DNA of 64,000 nt from Trichodelitschia bisporula. Lineage: Eukaryota. A program made the translations under genes and the position numbers. Below are positions 12,982-23,979 of this stretch, in pieces. Within the stretch, counting starts at the first letter, position 1. Each line of letters begins with the position of its first letter. The notes under the pieces were generated by a model. The model was given only the letters and a program-made list of their open reading frames with translations. It had not been told where the DNA came from and did not search any database. Where the stretch lies: contig ML996707.1 in the NCBI GenBank assembly GCA_010356995.1, positions 124,001-188,000 of the forward strand. Reading direction: 5' to 3'.

Positions 12982-13765
12982 ATGCGGCCCCCCCTTCTCG
13001 TCCTTTACGGCTTCGGCCTCGCATCTGCCGCAATCCTCGCGCCCCCTGTCACGAATGTGAGCATCACGACCGAGCGCTCCGCCGACTGCAACGAATGGCC
13101 CGATCCGGGCTATGGCTCCTCCGATAACTACGCCTTCTACCCCGCCGCCTACACACTCCGAGCGACATGCTACACAGAGCGCACAATCAACGGCCAGGCC
13201 CACACCTACCTCCGAACAGAAGAGCACTTCCCACCGCTCACCCTCCCCCCCCCGCCCCCGGCCCCCTTAGTCGACGACCCCAACGCGCCGCCCATCCCCC
13301 CCGGCCCCGTCGGCAGCGCCGTATCGCGCGGCGGGTGCTTCATCGACGAAATGGCCGTGCAGGCCGGAAACCGGGACTACACGCGGAAACTGCCGCGGTG
13401 CGCGGAGCCACGGCCGTATCAGGTGTGGCAGGTGAGCGACGCATATTTGCTCGCCCAGGACGGGTTTTGGATGGGTTGTTGGTCGTGCCCGAGCTTTGAC
13501 TGCGACATGCAGCAGGTGCAGTGGGGAGCGCGGCACGTGGTGTGCTGGACGGAGGGGGAGGCCGTGGGCGAAGCGCGCAAGTGGTGGGAGGATGCGCACC
13601 GTGTGGACGGTGAGCGGTGCTATGTCCCTGCCGACGCGTTTGACGGGCAGGTTCTGTACGGTGAGTGCACCCGCGGAGCGACGTGCAGGGCTAACGGGAG
13701 CAGAGATGCCGGGGTCCGGGGAAAAGTGTCGCGATGCAACGCCGGTGACAGTGAGACAGCCTTGA
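12982..13765 (+). CDS. Secreted Cys-rich protein with two tandem SH3b-like repeats; intron 13661-13703
   Basis: Signal peptide; repeat 1 DC.EWP..ATCYT..INGQ..YLRT..GCFI; repeat 2 GCWSCP..VVCWTEGEAVG...W..RCYVP. Intron GTGAGT..GCTAAC..CAG gives C-terminus EMPGSGEKCRDATPVTVRQP*. Confidence 0.75.
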
Positions 13766-13791
13766 TCATAGTAATATACAGCAGTGTAATC

Positions 13792-16119
13792 CTACAACAG
13801 CGTTATCCCCTCCCGCAAGCCCACTCCCGCTTTGCGTGCCTCCGCCACCGCAATCAGACACCGTCCCACAGCCTCCAAGTCCCCGAGCAGCGTAACGTGA
13901 CCCCGCTCACTGGCCACCACGCCCCCGCGCACCGCGCGATATCCAGGCGGAAGCATTGCGGCCCGAGCGAGCACCACGCCATCACCTGACGCGAACACCA
14001 GATCGTCATAGGCGTCGGCACGGGCGATCCCATCGCGGCCGCGCACCCGCGCGCCATACACCGTCGGCACCGACTTACCGTAGATAACAGCGGCAGGAGG
14101 ATAGGCGTTGCGGGTGGCATGCGCGGGATTAAAGGCAAGCTCCTGCTTGAAGTGCTTGATTTCGGGTAAGATGCGCCACAGGTAGGCAAGGCATGCTGCG
14201 CGCGGGAGGGTTACTGTCGTCGCCACGCTGGCCTCGGGGCCGGGCAGGTGGTCGGCAGGATTGCTGCTCATTTGCGGAGTGATTCCCGCGTTACGGGTGT
14301 CGGCAGCCACGGCCTTGGGGCGGCGGAAAGGGAGGGCGTTGGTCAGGGTGTCGATCATTGAGGATATAGGGCCGGGGTTTGGAGGGAGGGCAGGTAGCGG
14401 CGGCGCAATGCATGGCGAGAAGCGGTGTTCGATCCAGTCGTCCACGTTAAAGAAGTCAACGGGATATTCCTCCTTCGTTTCCTTGTCGATGAAGCAGCGT
14501 CCGTCCAGCGGGAGCAGCGCGAAGCTTGTTCGGATGGAGAAGTTGACTTGCGCGGTGAGCACACGCGAGCTGAGCAGCACGTCGTCACCCTTGCGCAGCG
14601 GACCTAGGATATTAACACACGATTGTGGTACGCCCGAGTAGATGACCCCAGCGATGAGTTCGGGGCGTTGATTGATAACGTGGCGAGTGATAAGACCGCC
14701 GAGGCTGTGCGCGATGATGGTCGCGCCCCGCTCGCTGGCCGGCATCCCGGGAATATTACAGCGCAGGCCCTCCAGAAATCGAATCAGCTCGGCGCTCAGG
14801 CGGTGAGGACTGAGGCGCCAGTCGTAGCCGTAGTCGTGAACGCGCAGCGATCCGTTCTGCGCATTCTCCGAGTGGCGTAGCCGCTTTAGCAGCCGGCGGG
14901 ACATGTCAACAGGCCCAATGTGCGTCAGCATACCCGACGGGATGATGCGCTCGTGCATTGTCTCTTCATCCTCGGGGTTGAGGCCAACCTCGAGGTCTAC
15001 CTTCCGCAGATTGAGCCCGACCTTGATGGGTACCCACACGCGGCGATGGGGTGGCTCGGCAGAGCGGAGATTTGACCCACGGTAGCCGCCGAGGATGACA
15101 AGATCACCCTTGAGGTTCGTGATCGCTTCGGTGAAGAAAGGATGCGGGTTTGGTGTTCCGTTCTTTGACGCCCCATTCTTTGGCTCCTGGCTCGGCGCCG
15201 TTTGGGCGCGTGCGCGGGATCCAGCGGAGACATCCACACTCGGCAGGTCACCTCTGAAAGTCTTCGCGCGTGGCCGCTGCTTCGTTTCAGAGAGCAATTC
15301 AGTAAGTGACGCGAACGAGAGGTTTGGTGCCTTGGGCAAGGATGAGAGGGCCGGCAGCCGGAAGTTGGCGTCCTGCAGGCTATCGCGGATGGCCTTGAAC
15401 CGGCTGTTGACCTGCTCCTGCACATGCTCGAAGCGGCTGTCGTCGCCGAGCGAGGACGCGGTGGACAGGGTCCGGTGCAGCAGCAGCGAGTTATGGGAAG
15501 TAGTCCGGCGGAGGCCAGCGCCCCGGCTGTGGACGGGTTCCTCCTTGAGTGTCTGGATCAGGGCGGTAGGTGACTGGGTTATCGAGGACCGTTCAGCCTC
15601 ACGCTCTGGTGTTCCATTCGTAGCAGAATGCATGCTATTACCAACAAGAGGCGGAGAGGTCCCGTCATAAGCCTCCCTAAAGACCGGCTCGCCGCGGAAC
15701 GCCCCTGCAGAAGCCGCCTTATCCGGGATAGTGTGAGGCTTCGCATTGCTTGACAGCCGTGCTAGCCCCCCGAGGCCAGACTCTCGTCGTACAGTTCCTT
15801 CGCGCAGTCCACCGGTCTGGCCGTCTCGCCAAGGCACCGTATTTTGTTCCAAATCTGCCCCGCGCCCGCAGTCTGGGCCGTCGCGATAAGCAGCGGGGAG
15901 GGGTCCCAGCCGTGGGGTTCCATCCGGGGCCAGTATAACATCGCTAAAGAAACCCCCGCGCTCATCAATGGCCGCCGCTTTTTCGGCCGCTGGGGTCTTG
16001 GGCGACGCAAGGCGGCTTTGCTTCTCGCCGATGCTGACGCCGACCATCGCCCTCGCCTCACTGTCGTCTGGCGTCTCCTCATCAGAGGAGTCGAGTCTGT
16101 CCATCTTGTCGTCTGTCAT
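13792..16119 (-). CDS. Alpha/beta-hydrolase-fold protein (YJR098C-like, LCAT/lipase-like); start uncertain (frame open to 16443)
   Basis: LVILGGYRGS.LR, VHDYGYDWRLSP, IIAHSLGGLI nucleophile elbow, GDGVV, GHVTLLGD; long intronless ORF. Confidence 0.85.
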   Translation of the reverse strand: MTDDKMDRLDSSDEETPDDSEARAMVGVSIGEKQSRLASPKTPAAEKAAAIDERGGFFSDVILAPDGTPRLGPLPAAYRDGPDCGRGADLEQNTVPWRDGQTGGLREGTVRRESGLGGLARLSSNAKPHTIPDKAASAGAFRGEPVFREAYDGTSPPLVGNSMHSATNGTPEREAERSSITQSPTALIQTLKEEPVHSRGAGLRRTTSHNSLLLHRTLSTASSLGDDSRFEHVQEQVNSRFKAIRDSLQDANFRLPALSSLPKAPNLSFASLTELLSETKQRPRAKTFRGDLPSVDVSAGSRARAQTAPSQEPKNGASKNGTPNPHPFFTEAITNLKGDLVILGGYRGSNLRSAEPPHRRVWVPIKVGLNLRKVDLEVGLNPEDEETMHERIIPSGMLTHIGPVDMSRRLLKRLRHSENAQNGSLRVHDYGYDWRLSPHRLSAELIRFLEGLRCNIPGMPASERGATIIAHSLGGLITRHVINQRPELIAGVIYSGVPQSCVNILGPLRKGDDVLLSSRVLTAQVNFSIRTSFALLPLDGRCFIDKETKEEYPVDFFNVDDWIEHRFSPCIAPPLPALPPNPGPISSMIDTLTNALPFRRPKAVAADTRNAGITPQMSSNPADHLPGPEASVATTVTLPRAACLAYLWRILPEIKHFKQELAFNPAHATRNAYPPAAVIYGKSVPTVYGARVRGRDGIARADAYDDLVFASGDGVVLARAAMLPPGYRAVRGGVVASERGHVTLLGDLEAVGRCLIAVAEARKAGVGLREGITLL

Positions 16120-16565
16120 GGACGGGAGGTTACGGATAGGGTGGTACATATACGAGGTGCCACTGTGGATAGTGTCACCAAGGGCAGACTTGCTGCACTC
16201 AGACTTGCTGCAGTCAGACTTACTAACCTCAAGCTGCGTGTCCTCACCCGGCCACCTGCGGCTGACTTCAAAGCAGGCACAGCCAAGCATCGTACCTTGC
16301 AGGTTACTAGGGTGGTTGAAGAGTGGGAGGAGATAGAGGTGAGCGGAAATGAAGAGAGATGAAATGGGAGATGGAGAACAATGGACGGGCCGGTTGATCC
16401 ATGCATCGCGTCTAGGTATCCCTGACTTGGAAGCCAGGCACAAAATATGACATCATGGTGTTCGGACGCGGCTTCCTTGGTTGAACTCAACACCACCTTG
16501 TTTCATCTGTTCAAATCCCGACAACGAGTCGCCGCCAGAAGTGCGAGCAGAACTCAATTGGCGAC

Positions 16566-17006
16566 TCAATCAGTCTTCACCGCTTGCCCGCTCTGCAACA
16601 ACTCCGGTTGCACCCACAGGGCTCATCCCCTCCATGCCAGCAGAGGAACCAGCGTAGATGCTGACAGCATCAGCCCCTCAGTCGAGAAGCCGCTGCTCTT
16701 CGGCTTCAATGCCTTGCCCAAGAACAGCGCAACCAATGCCACCTCGCCCACTCCCAGCGTCTTGTATGTGAGAGCGCGGTTCGCCGCCGCATTCGGCGAC
16801 TCGGGAATACAAAGTAGGAGCGGCAGTGTGAGGGCGCTAACGAGCAGACCGAACGTCTGAAAGAGGGTGTTCGCGGCGGGTGACGAGGCGCTGTTAGCCT
16901 AGAGGACATGCGACAGGCACCACTCGGGGAAGAGGATGAAGATGGTAGCCCCGGAGAGTTTGAAGGCCACCTCGATGGCCAGCGCACGTTGAATGACTTT
17001 AGTCAT
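16566..17006 (-). pseudogene. Small (about 146 codon) four-TM membrane protein gene with two in-frame stops (TAG 16899-16901, TGA 16623-16625)
   Basis: Manual translation: MTKVIQRALAIEVAFKLSGATIFILFPEWCLSHVL*ANSASSPAANTLFQTFGLLVSALTLPLLLCIPESPNAAANRALTYKTLGVGEVALVALFLGKALKPKSSGFSTEGLMLSASTLVPLLAWRG*ALWVQPELLQSGQAVKTD*. Four hydrophobic segments, no frameshift; absent from the ORF track. Confidence 0.7.
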
Positions 17007-18294
17007 GTTTGGCAACGGTTCTGTCCGATGACACAGTCGCGATGGTGAGTGTTGACGTGGAATTCGCATGCTTCGCCTTCGTGAGCTGCTTGCCTGGTCA
17101 CGGGAGGACGAATTAGCCGAGGCTTGGAGCTCGCATTGGCCAGAAGTCGCAACCGAATTTCTTTGCGATTTTCGGGCTGATGGCGGTAATGACTTTTACG
17201 CCCCAAGTAATCATCTACTTGTCCACGTTTCCCCCTCCACTTTCTTGCTTTTCATCTGATGCCCACTTCCCCGCAAAAGGATCGCAGTGAAGTTGCTCTC
17301 GTTATCATCCACCCTTAGTTACAGCATCCCGGACGACTGAACAAACAAAGGCTTTCCAGACTAAGTCGGCCTTCGCAGATCACTTCCCACGATGCATCAC
17401 AACCGCCCATAAGAGCTCGTTTGGCCGAAAATGCATTCTTGAAGCAGTGCAGCAGGAACCACATGCCTCACTAGGGGCCTGAATGCTTATCGGACTGCGC
17501 ATTCCCATTAGAATCCGCTTCTGCGAGAACAGCCGAACCGGCCAGGCCGACAGATGGGAGAGAGGCAATACACGTTCATCATAGTTCGGTCTCCGGCCCT
17601 CAATTCCGTGTCTACGGATAAGGGACTAGATTAATCCAGCTGTCGAGTCACCGACCGCCGTACCCAAGTCCAAACGTACCACAATCGAGGATTGACTGGC
17701 ATAGTGCATTACACCGAGCGGCTGCTCTGCAGGAGGGCGCTAAGATTGGTTCCCACGATCAGACCCAGACGATGACAAGCCTGAGAAAGGTCTATCCGAA
17801 TGGAACAACTGAGCAGTAGGGAAAAGCGCCATGAAAATTGGACCAACGGCAAGAGTGACGTCTGGGAAAGAGTCTCCGAAAGGGTTAACAACTTTTTTCC
17901 TTTCTGGTCCTAGGAAAGAACAACCAGAGCGGCCAACCTGGACGACGTTTGGCACTATCGAATTGGAACCACCGGTACTACCGGTCCCGGAATCGTTGGT
18001 GGAGAACGTCGGTGTGGCTTGATCAATTGTCGGTGGTAGAGAACCACAAATAATGATTGTGGAATATCCAGGACTCGGAGTTCGTCAGTCAGGGACCGGC
18101 ATGTTAGCCATCAGTCCGCCTTCGATGGCAGGCGGCCAGCTACCGCAGAGTGCCGCCCGCGGGCTCAGCTGCGAGCACCAAGGAACCGTAATCATGAAAT
18201 CTGAGAGTCGTGGCGGTCTGGAGCAAGAGAAGGAGCAGGTGTCAGGTGTCAGGCGGAAGACTGCAGTGGAGGCGAAATTTCCAATTCGTTATAT

Positions 18295-18397
18295 CACCAC
18301 TTCACTAGTTTTGACTATATCGGCATGCTGTAAATCGTATTGGATAATCCAAGACGATTTACAGCATGCCGATATCGTCAAAACTCGGGAAGTGGTG
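18295..18397. repeat. 103-nt near-perfect inverted repeat (51-bp arms, 4 mismatches, 1-nt spacer)
   Basis: Left arm CACCACTTCACTAGTTTTGACTATATCGGCATGCTGTAAATCGTATTGGAT versus reverse complement of right arm CACCACTTCCCGAGTTTTGACGATATCGGCATGCTGTAAATCGTCTTGGAT. Confidence 0.95.
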
Positions 18398-19365
18398 CCG
18401 TAATGTTCCTCGCCTACGGATTTAGTCCTGGGCTTCTGACGTCACTCACGTCGTCTCCGCGTTTGAACTTTGTTGTACACCCGTACGTATCCCTTGCCAT
18501 TTATCATAACGCCTTTGCTCATTTAGCTGAAGTCACAGTACATGTCGATGTTCCTTGCTGAAACTGTATCGTCGTCGGCATGCGTCATGGTCGTATGGCG
18601 TATCGCAGCTACATCCGTCGTCACTTTGTCGTCTCCGAGCCCATGCATATCTCTTGCGCCTTCGCCGCTAAGTCTTATGGAGGCGCGCCCCACGCTTGGC
18701 AAAATGCAGCCTTCTGCTTACTTTTGTCGGCTAGTGTGATTACGGGTGGGCTGGGGTCATCCAGATGCTTTCAGCTACGATCGCCTGCCCAGAGAGATCC
18801 CACCATCTTCACGGTTGCTGGAGCAATGATTCTTAGGTGATAGAGCATCGTCTTCGCATCATCGAGTCCTCACCAATTCCCATAAAATGTTCACAAAATC
18901 GAATACAGCTAAAGGGCAAGGTCGGCTTCCATCAACAGTTCGCTTACCCCAGAAATCTTCACCTACGCCACTATTCAGCACGAGCCACGTTTTGCTTATC
19001 TCCTTCCGCCACAAACGTATCCGAGCCCACTCTCCCGCGAATCTTATCGATCCCTCCAGTTGCTCAGGCGACGCCACGGCGCCGCCAACCCTAGTCCCCG
19101 GCGCCGGTACTATCTCCCATTGGCCCCCACATCAAGCCATGTCCCAAATCGGTGACTCGCATCGCACTAAGCTTTACGTCGTCAAAACGCTTGGGTCAAC
19201 GGTGCTGCACGGCCAGGGGGCTAACGACCGGCGGTGATGAGGAGACGCCCCTAATGCAGCTGCGAGGGCGCTTGAGGTACTTACGTTGGGTCCGCCCGCA
19301 CACTAGCCCGCGGCTGTGAAGTTAGTTTCGACTCCCAGCTAACTTAGCACTCTGCGGCCTTTGCT

Positions 19366-20492
19366 ATGACGCGCTACGAGGTGCCCGCGTCGGAGATTTC
19401 TATCGCTAATACCACGCGATGGGGCCTTATCTTGGGTGTTCAGGTGCCGCTGTTTGTAGTCGCGCTGATCACCTTTTCGCTGCGCATGTACGCGCGGTGT
19501 CAGCCTCGGAATCTGTGGTGGGATGACTACACAATTTGCGGGGCGATGGTGAGTTTCCCTCCACCTCTGCTAGAGTACTACCGCTTACGACTAAACTACA
19601 GGTCCTCTCCTTCGCTAGCTTCGCCGTCACCATCGCTGCCATGACCGTTGGGTACGGCCGACATATCGAACACGTCTCCAAGACCGATTTCGTCACCTTT
19701 AGCCACCTGATGTTCATCAACCAACCGCTCTGGGTACTCGAGGTCACACTGGTCAAGATCAGCGTTGCATTCATGCTGCTGCGCATCCGACGTACAAGAG
19801 GCTGGCGTATTGCCATGTGGGTCACGATCGCATACCTGACAGTCAACGCGGTTGTGGTGATTGCCTTCCAATTCACCGAGTGCCGACCGCTGAGCTTCTA
19901 CTGGAACCGGAGCCTGACGGGCGGAGTGTGTCGCAGCCCCAAGGTGGTACAGATTTGCGTCATTGTCACGAGCGTCGTCTTCATCTTCTCGGACGTGCAG
20001 TCCTCTCTGCTGCCACTCACCTTTATTTTCACACTGAACCGGCCGCTGCGTGAGCGTGTCGCACTGTCGGTGCTTATGGGGATGGGGCTTCTGGCTAGCA
20101 TCGTCGGGTCACTGAAACTCATCGGCATCGGTACATTACACCGCAACCCGGACCCAACGTGGAACAATGTTCCTGTCAAGGTTGGGTCGTTTGCAGAGGC
20201 ATGTCTGGGGCTGATTGCGGCATGTATGCCGCCGCTGAAAGCGAGGGGCGAGCGGTGGCTACGGCGGGCTGGGGCCGCAATGTCTGAGGTCGTCAGAAGG
20301 TCGACAGGCAGTCAGAACACCTTACTTATGCGCTCCAAGACGATCGCCAGGCCGAAGGAGGAAACTTATGACCAGGTCGTGTCGGTGACAGAGAGTGAAA
20401 AGGGGATTTTGGAGGCGTGTGAGAAGGGCTCGGTTGTTGTGGTTGAGAGGGATCTGCTGGGGTCGAAAGATGAGAGAATAGGTCCGGATTAG
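19366..20492 (+). CDS. PTH11-like 7-TM integral membrane protein (fungal rhodopsin-domain family, no CFEM); intron 19549-19601
   Basis: LRMYAR...LWWDDY, GYGRH, LVKISV, FQFTECRPL.FYW, SD...LLP, L.RP.RER, EA.LGLIAAC.PPLK; canonical intron GTGAGT..CTAAAC..CAG. Confidence 0.9.
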
Positions 20493-21593
20493 GTGTCGAG
20501 CGCAGCATTGCAGTCTCAAATCTTTCCTTGGCTCGGTTGAGCTCTTTGCATATTCAACGTGGCGATTCGAACGGGAGACTAGAGTGACGAGCGAGCTATC
20601 TGCTTCGTACGGGTTCCCCGCCATGATGTTGCCTTTTTAGCTCCCAGGGTACGGCTCTGCTGGAGTATGTACAAAGATTTGAGCACAGGGGCATCGCATG
20701 GGGGATCTTTCGACAGCTGGAGAGTAGAGCGGTAAGGATTTTCTCTTCGACATGAGCGATTCCTCGTTCTAATCAGTTGACAGGGCGCCTGTAGCAGACA
20801 GGAGAGAACTGACGATTCGGTGCCGCTCTTCTTTTCTCATGACGTACGCTAGGGAATATCAATTACATTCAAGATCTTTGTAATGGACTAGCTTCTCTCG
20901 TCGTAGCTGGTCGTGAGCATGACCGGCAGTCTCGTAGAGCCGAGCATTTCGTCCGTTGGCGTTTTGTCTAGGAGCAGGACATGGAACTTAAGGAGTGAGC
21001 ATGCTCTTCCGTGTTGTACAAACCGTCACTGCAGAGCTGAAAGAACAATGGCAAAGGCTCGATCACTGAGGTCCGTTCCAGATACTTGACGTACACCCGC
21101 TATCTGATGTACTGCGACAAACGTAGAGGGGTGGGTCTCATGGTAGGACCAACTGCTGACCAGGCACTCTTGGCTCCGACCTCAGGCATAAACACTGACC
21201 CCGCACCTACCTCAATCTCAACGTATGCAACATTCTACACATGCTGACATTAGCTGAGGCCTTCCACAGTCTCACTGATTTTTGCTATATCGGGTCTGGC
21301 TTCCACGGCCGAGCTTGCCTGGGTCATCCCGTCATCATAACGAGACGCGTCACCACCTCCAAGTATTGCCGTATGTCCCATCCCTTACTCTGGTTTCTAA
21401 TTACACCCAAGCAGCTGCACAGAGACTATTTGACGTATACTTAGATATAAGGTCTATGAGAACGCTCACGAAACCCAGAAAGCCAACGACTCCGAGCTGC
21501 CTACGAACCCCCCCCCCCCCCTCACGCCGAAGCAAGCCAATACCGTGAAGCCTGGGAGATGAACATCTGGAAGCGAAAGTCACACAGAAGCCG

Positions 21594-22772
21594 CTAACTA
21601 AGCATGGTGTGCGGTATTTGAGGATTCCGGCCATCGCTTGGCCGCTTTTTGCCTCCGCCAGATGCAATGTCCTCGTCAAAGAATCCCTGCCATCCGGTAC
21701 CATATAGGTCAAGGTCGTCTAACAGCATCACGGAACTGGGAAGATCATCTGGCAGATAAACTTCACACGCAGGCGGCGTTCTCACATATTCAGGATCGCC
21801 GGCTTCCGATTCCTGGTCGCTCTGGTCGGACATATCATGTTCGAGAAGTGGGGGGCCCTCGCTGGCCTCCCGACTCCTGTCTGATCCGGCACCGGATAGA
21901 GAAGGGCTTGTGGATCTCATGACCGGAAGCGGTTCCTTTGTGTTCCAGGAATTGTCGGCAGTGGATGGAGGTTCCTCCACGCCTTCCGTGTGGAGAGCAC
22001 TTGGACCGGGATTGACCTCACCCATCTTAGAATCACGGACCAAATCAGACAGCAAGGAGGCCGATATTTGGCCTTCTAGACTGGGTGATTTTTCAACACC
22101 TTCCATTTTATCGACATCCGGACAGAGATTGCTGCTGACCGTGTTGACGTCCGAGATTATGGGAGCATTGCCGGGCGTGGTGCATTTCTGCGCATGTTAG
22201 CTTTGGGCATCAATTTGTGATTGATACTGACCATGCAAGACTTGCGTACCACTCTCAGCAACTCCTTCCTTTCCACTTGCTCGGCCGGTCGCTTATTTTT
22301 GAGAAGGGCGTTTGAGGTTGGTGTAAGGCTGATGGATGCTGCTATGCCAGAAGCCGCTAGTCCATTGTCAGCCGAGCCTTGCATCCTTCTTGCACGGCTG
22401 CGACGTGCCTGGACTGGTCAGCCTTCGACCGCGAAGTACGATGATCAAGTCTCACCGGACTTATTGGAGGCTCAGAGGGGCGAATTGTACATGGTGTACA
22501 ACCCAAACACCCTTTAGTCCGGACCAGGAACTTCAGACATTCACGGCACGGCATTTCTAGCGAGCACTAAATTGTTAGAGTGGAGCATATTGTGCAGGAA
22601 GGACGCTAACTTTGACTTTCTTGATGTGGCAGGTTTCGCACGCTCCTCTCCCACGAATTTTCCTGGTTTCCTCTCTCTGCTCCGGCGTCTTGGGCGTACA
22701 TCGCGGGGGAGCTGGCCCTATCTGAAAGGTGGAGCAGCCGATCATCACGTTCTTTGTTAAAGAAGATTGCAT
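21594..22772 (-). CDS. Zn(II)2Cys6 cluster-containing protein; possibly the 3' part of a larger decayed gene. Introns 22567-22610, 22409-22455, 22188-22231
   Basis: Splicing gives RKIRGRGACETCHIKKVK|CSLEMPCRECLKFLVRTKGC (C-x2-C-x6-C-x5-C-x2-C-x9-C). Three 44-47 nt introns with CTAAC/CTGAC branch sites join the 22575, 22357, 22157 and 21594 ORF pieces in frame. Confidence 0.65.
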
Positions 22773-23979
22773 ATCGGGTAGATTTTTGGGCTTCAGTACT
22801 TAGAGGAAGCTCTTCTCTTCATCCTAGACCGACCTATTATAAGAGTTTACAGTTCCTCGAAGGAGCATTTGGCGGTCCTACACCTTCGCCGGAGCATCTT
22901 TTGGGATTGGACCATCATCGAGACACCTTCGAGGAGTGCACCTATGCCGAAGCATCTTCTAGGCCTAGCATATACGCAGCTATCAGTCAAGCTTCACATT
23001 TCTCCGGAATGGATATGTCCTATGGGTCTCGGCATGCACGTCATTGGTAGCCCCAAACCGACTCCACACTCACGCACACCATTGGCGGGAACCGAAGTGG
23101 CGTATGGCCGGTGTCATTCTATCTCTAGCCCCCCGCCGTATCGACGGAAACGGTTTCCGGCGAGGGTGTTCAAGGTCAGGTCGCTCCTTATTCGTTTCTT
23201 CGGCGGCAGTGGGTATCGCCGTAACGCATGCGCACTAGTTGAGCCTCACTGATGCGTGTGGCGCAGTAGACGTGGGGTAAAATGCTCGGCCGACCTGGGC
23301 TGTGCTCCACTTCGGGCCGTTAAATTTGTGCTGGGTGTGACTGCCGACCGGAGGCCTCTTTCGTATGCCCCTGCGTACATTCCAAATTCGGAATTGAGGT
23401 AGTCTGTTGGTTGGTTTGTCAACCGACCCCTGGAAATGGCGTTCCCTCATACCCCGCTTGTCAAGGCCATTCCCACCAGCTGCTGGGTCATGGAACTACC
23501 CAGGGCTGCCTAAAATCTCAGCTGGGGCCTAAGACTTTCTGGTGATTTGGGGGGATGTCTTGAGCATGGTCGCTTTGCCGGCTTCCACATCCGGCACTCT
23601 CTTCGCAACGCCACCCCACTCCGTCGCCTTCCAAAGAATCACAATTGCCTCAGCATCTGGCGAATGGGTCATTATTTCATACTTCACTTGAGCTGATAAT
23701 GGACAAGCACTGAACAAACATGATGTTTCTCAACTGCCAAAAAATAGGATCTGATAGGGTTTGATACCTAGGGTAATCTGCAAAAGAGAACTCGAAGCTT
23801 CTCTCTGGGAGTACGACATATTCCTGTGGGAAACTTTCCCGATGCTTAAGGAAACGATAGGAAAATCTGTTGCGAGGTGCTGTTGAGCTCACTGCCGCTA
23901 AGGCAGGAACCGCAACTGTTACATGCTCAAGGATTTGCACTTTCCGTGAACACCCAACGACTCGGTTCTTGCCAGCATG

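Noticed and set aside
13661..13989. C-terminal part of the 335-aa ORF 12982..13989
   Set aside because: Reads through a canonical intron and overlaps the hydrolase antisense; the spliced model ends at 13765.
16868..16925. Intron removing the TAG of the four-TM pseudogene (..GCTAACAG)
   Set aside because: It would be about 33 nt with a poor donor and a branch site abutting the AG, below the intron sizes seen here.
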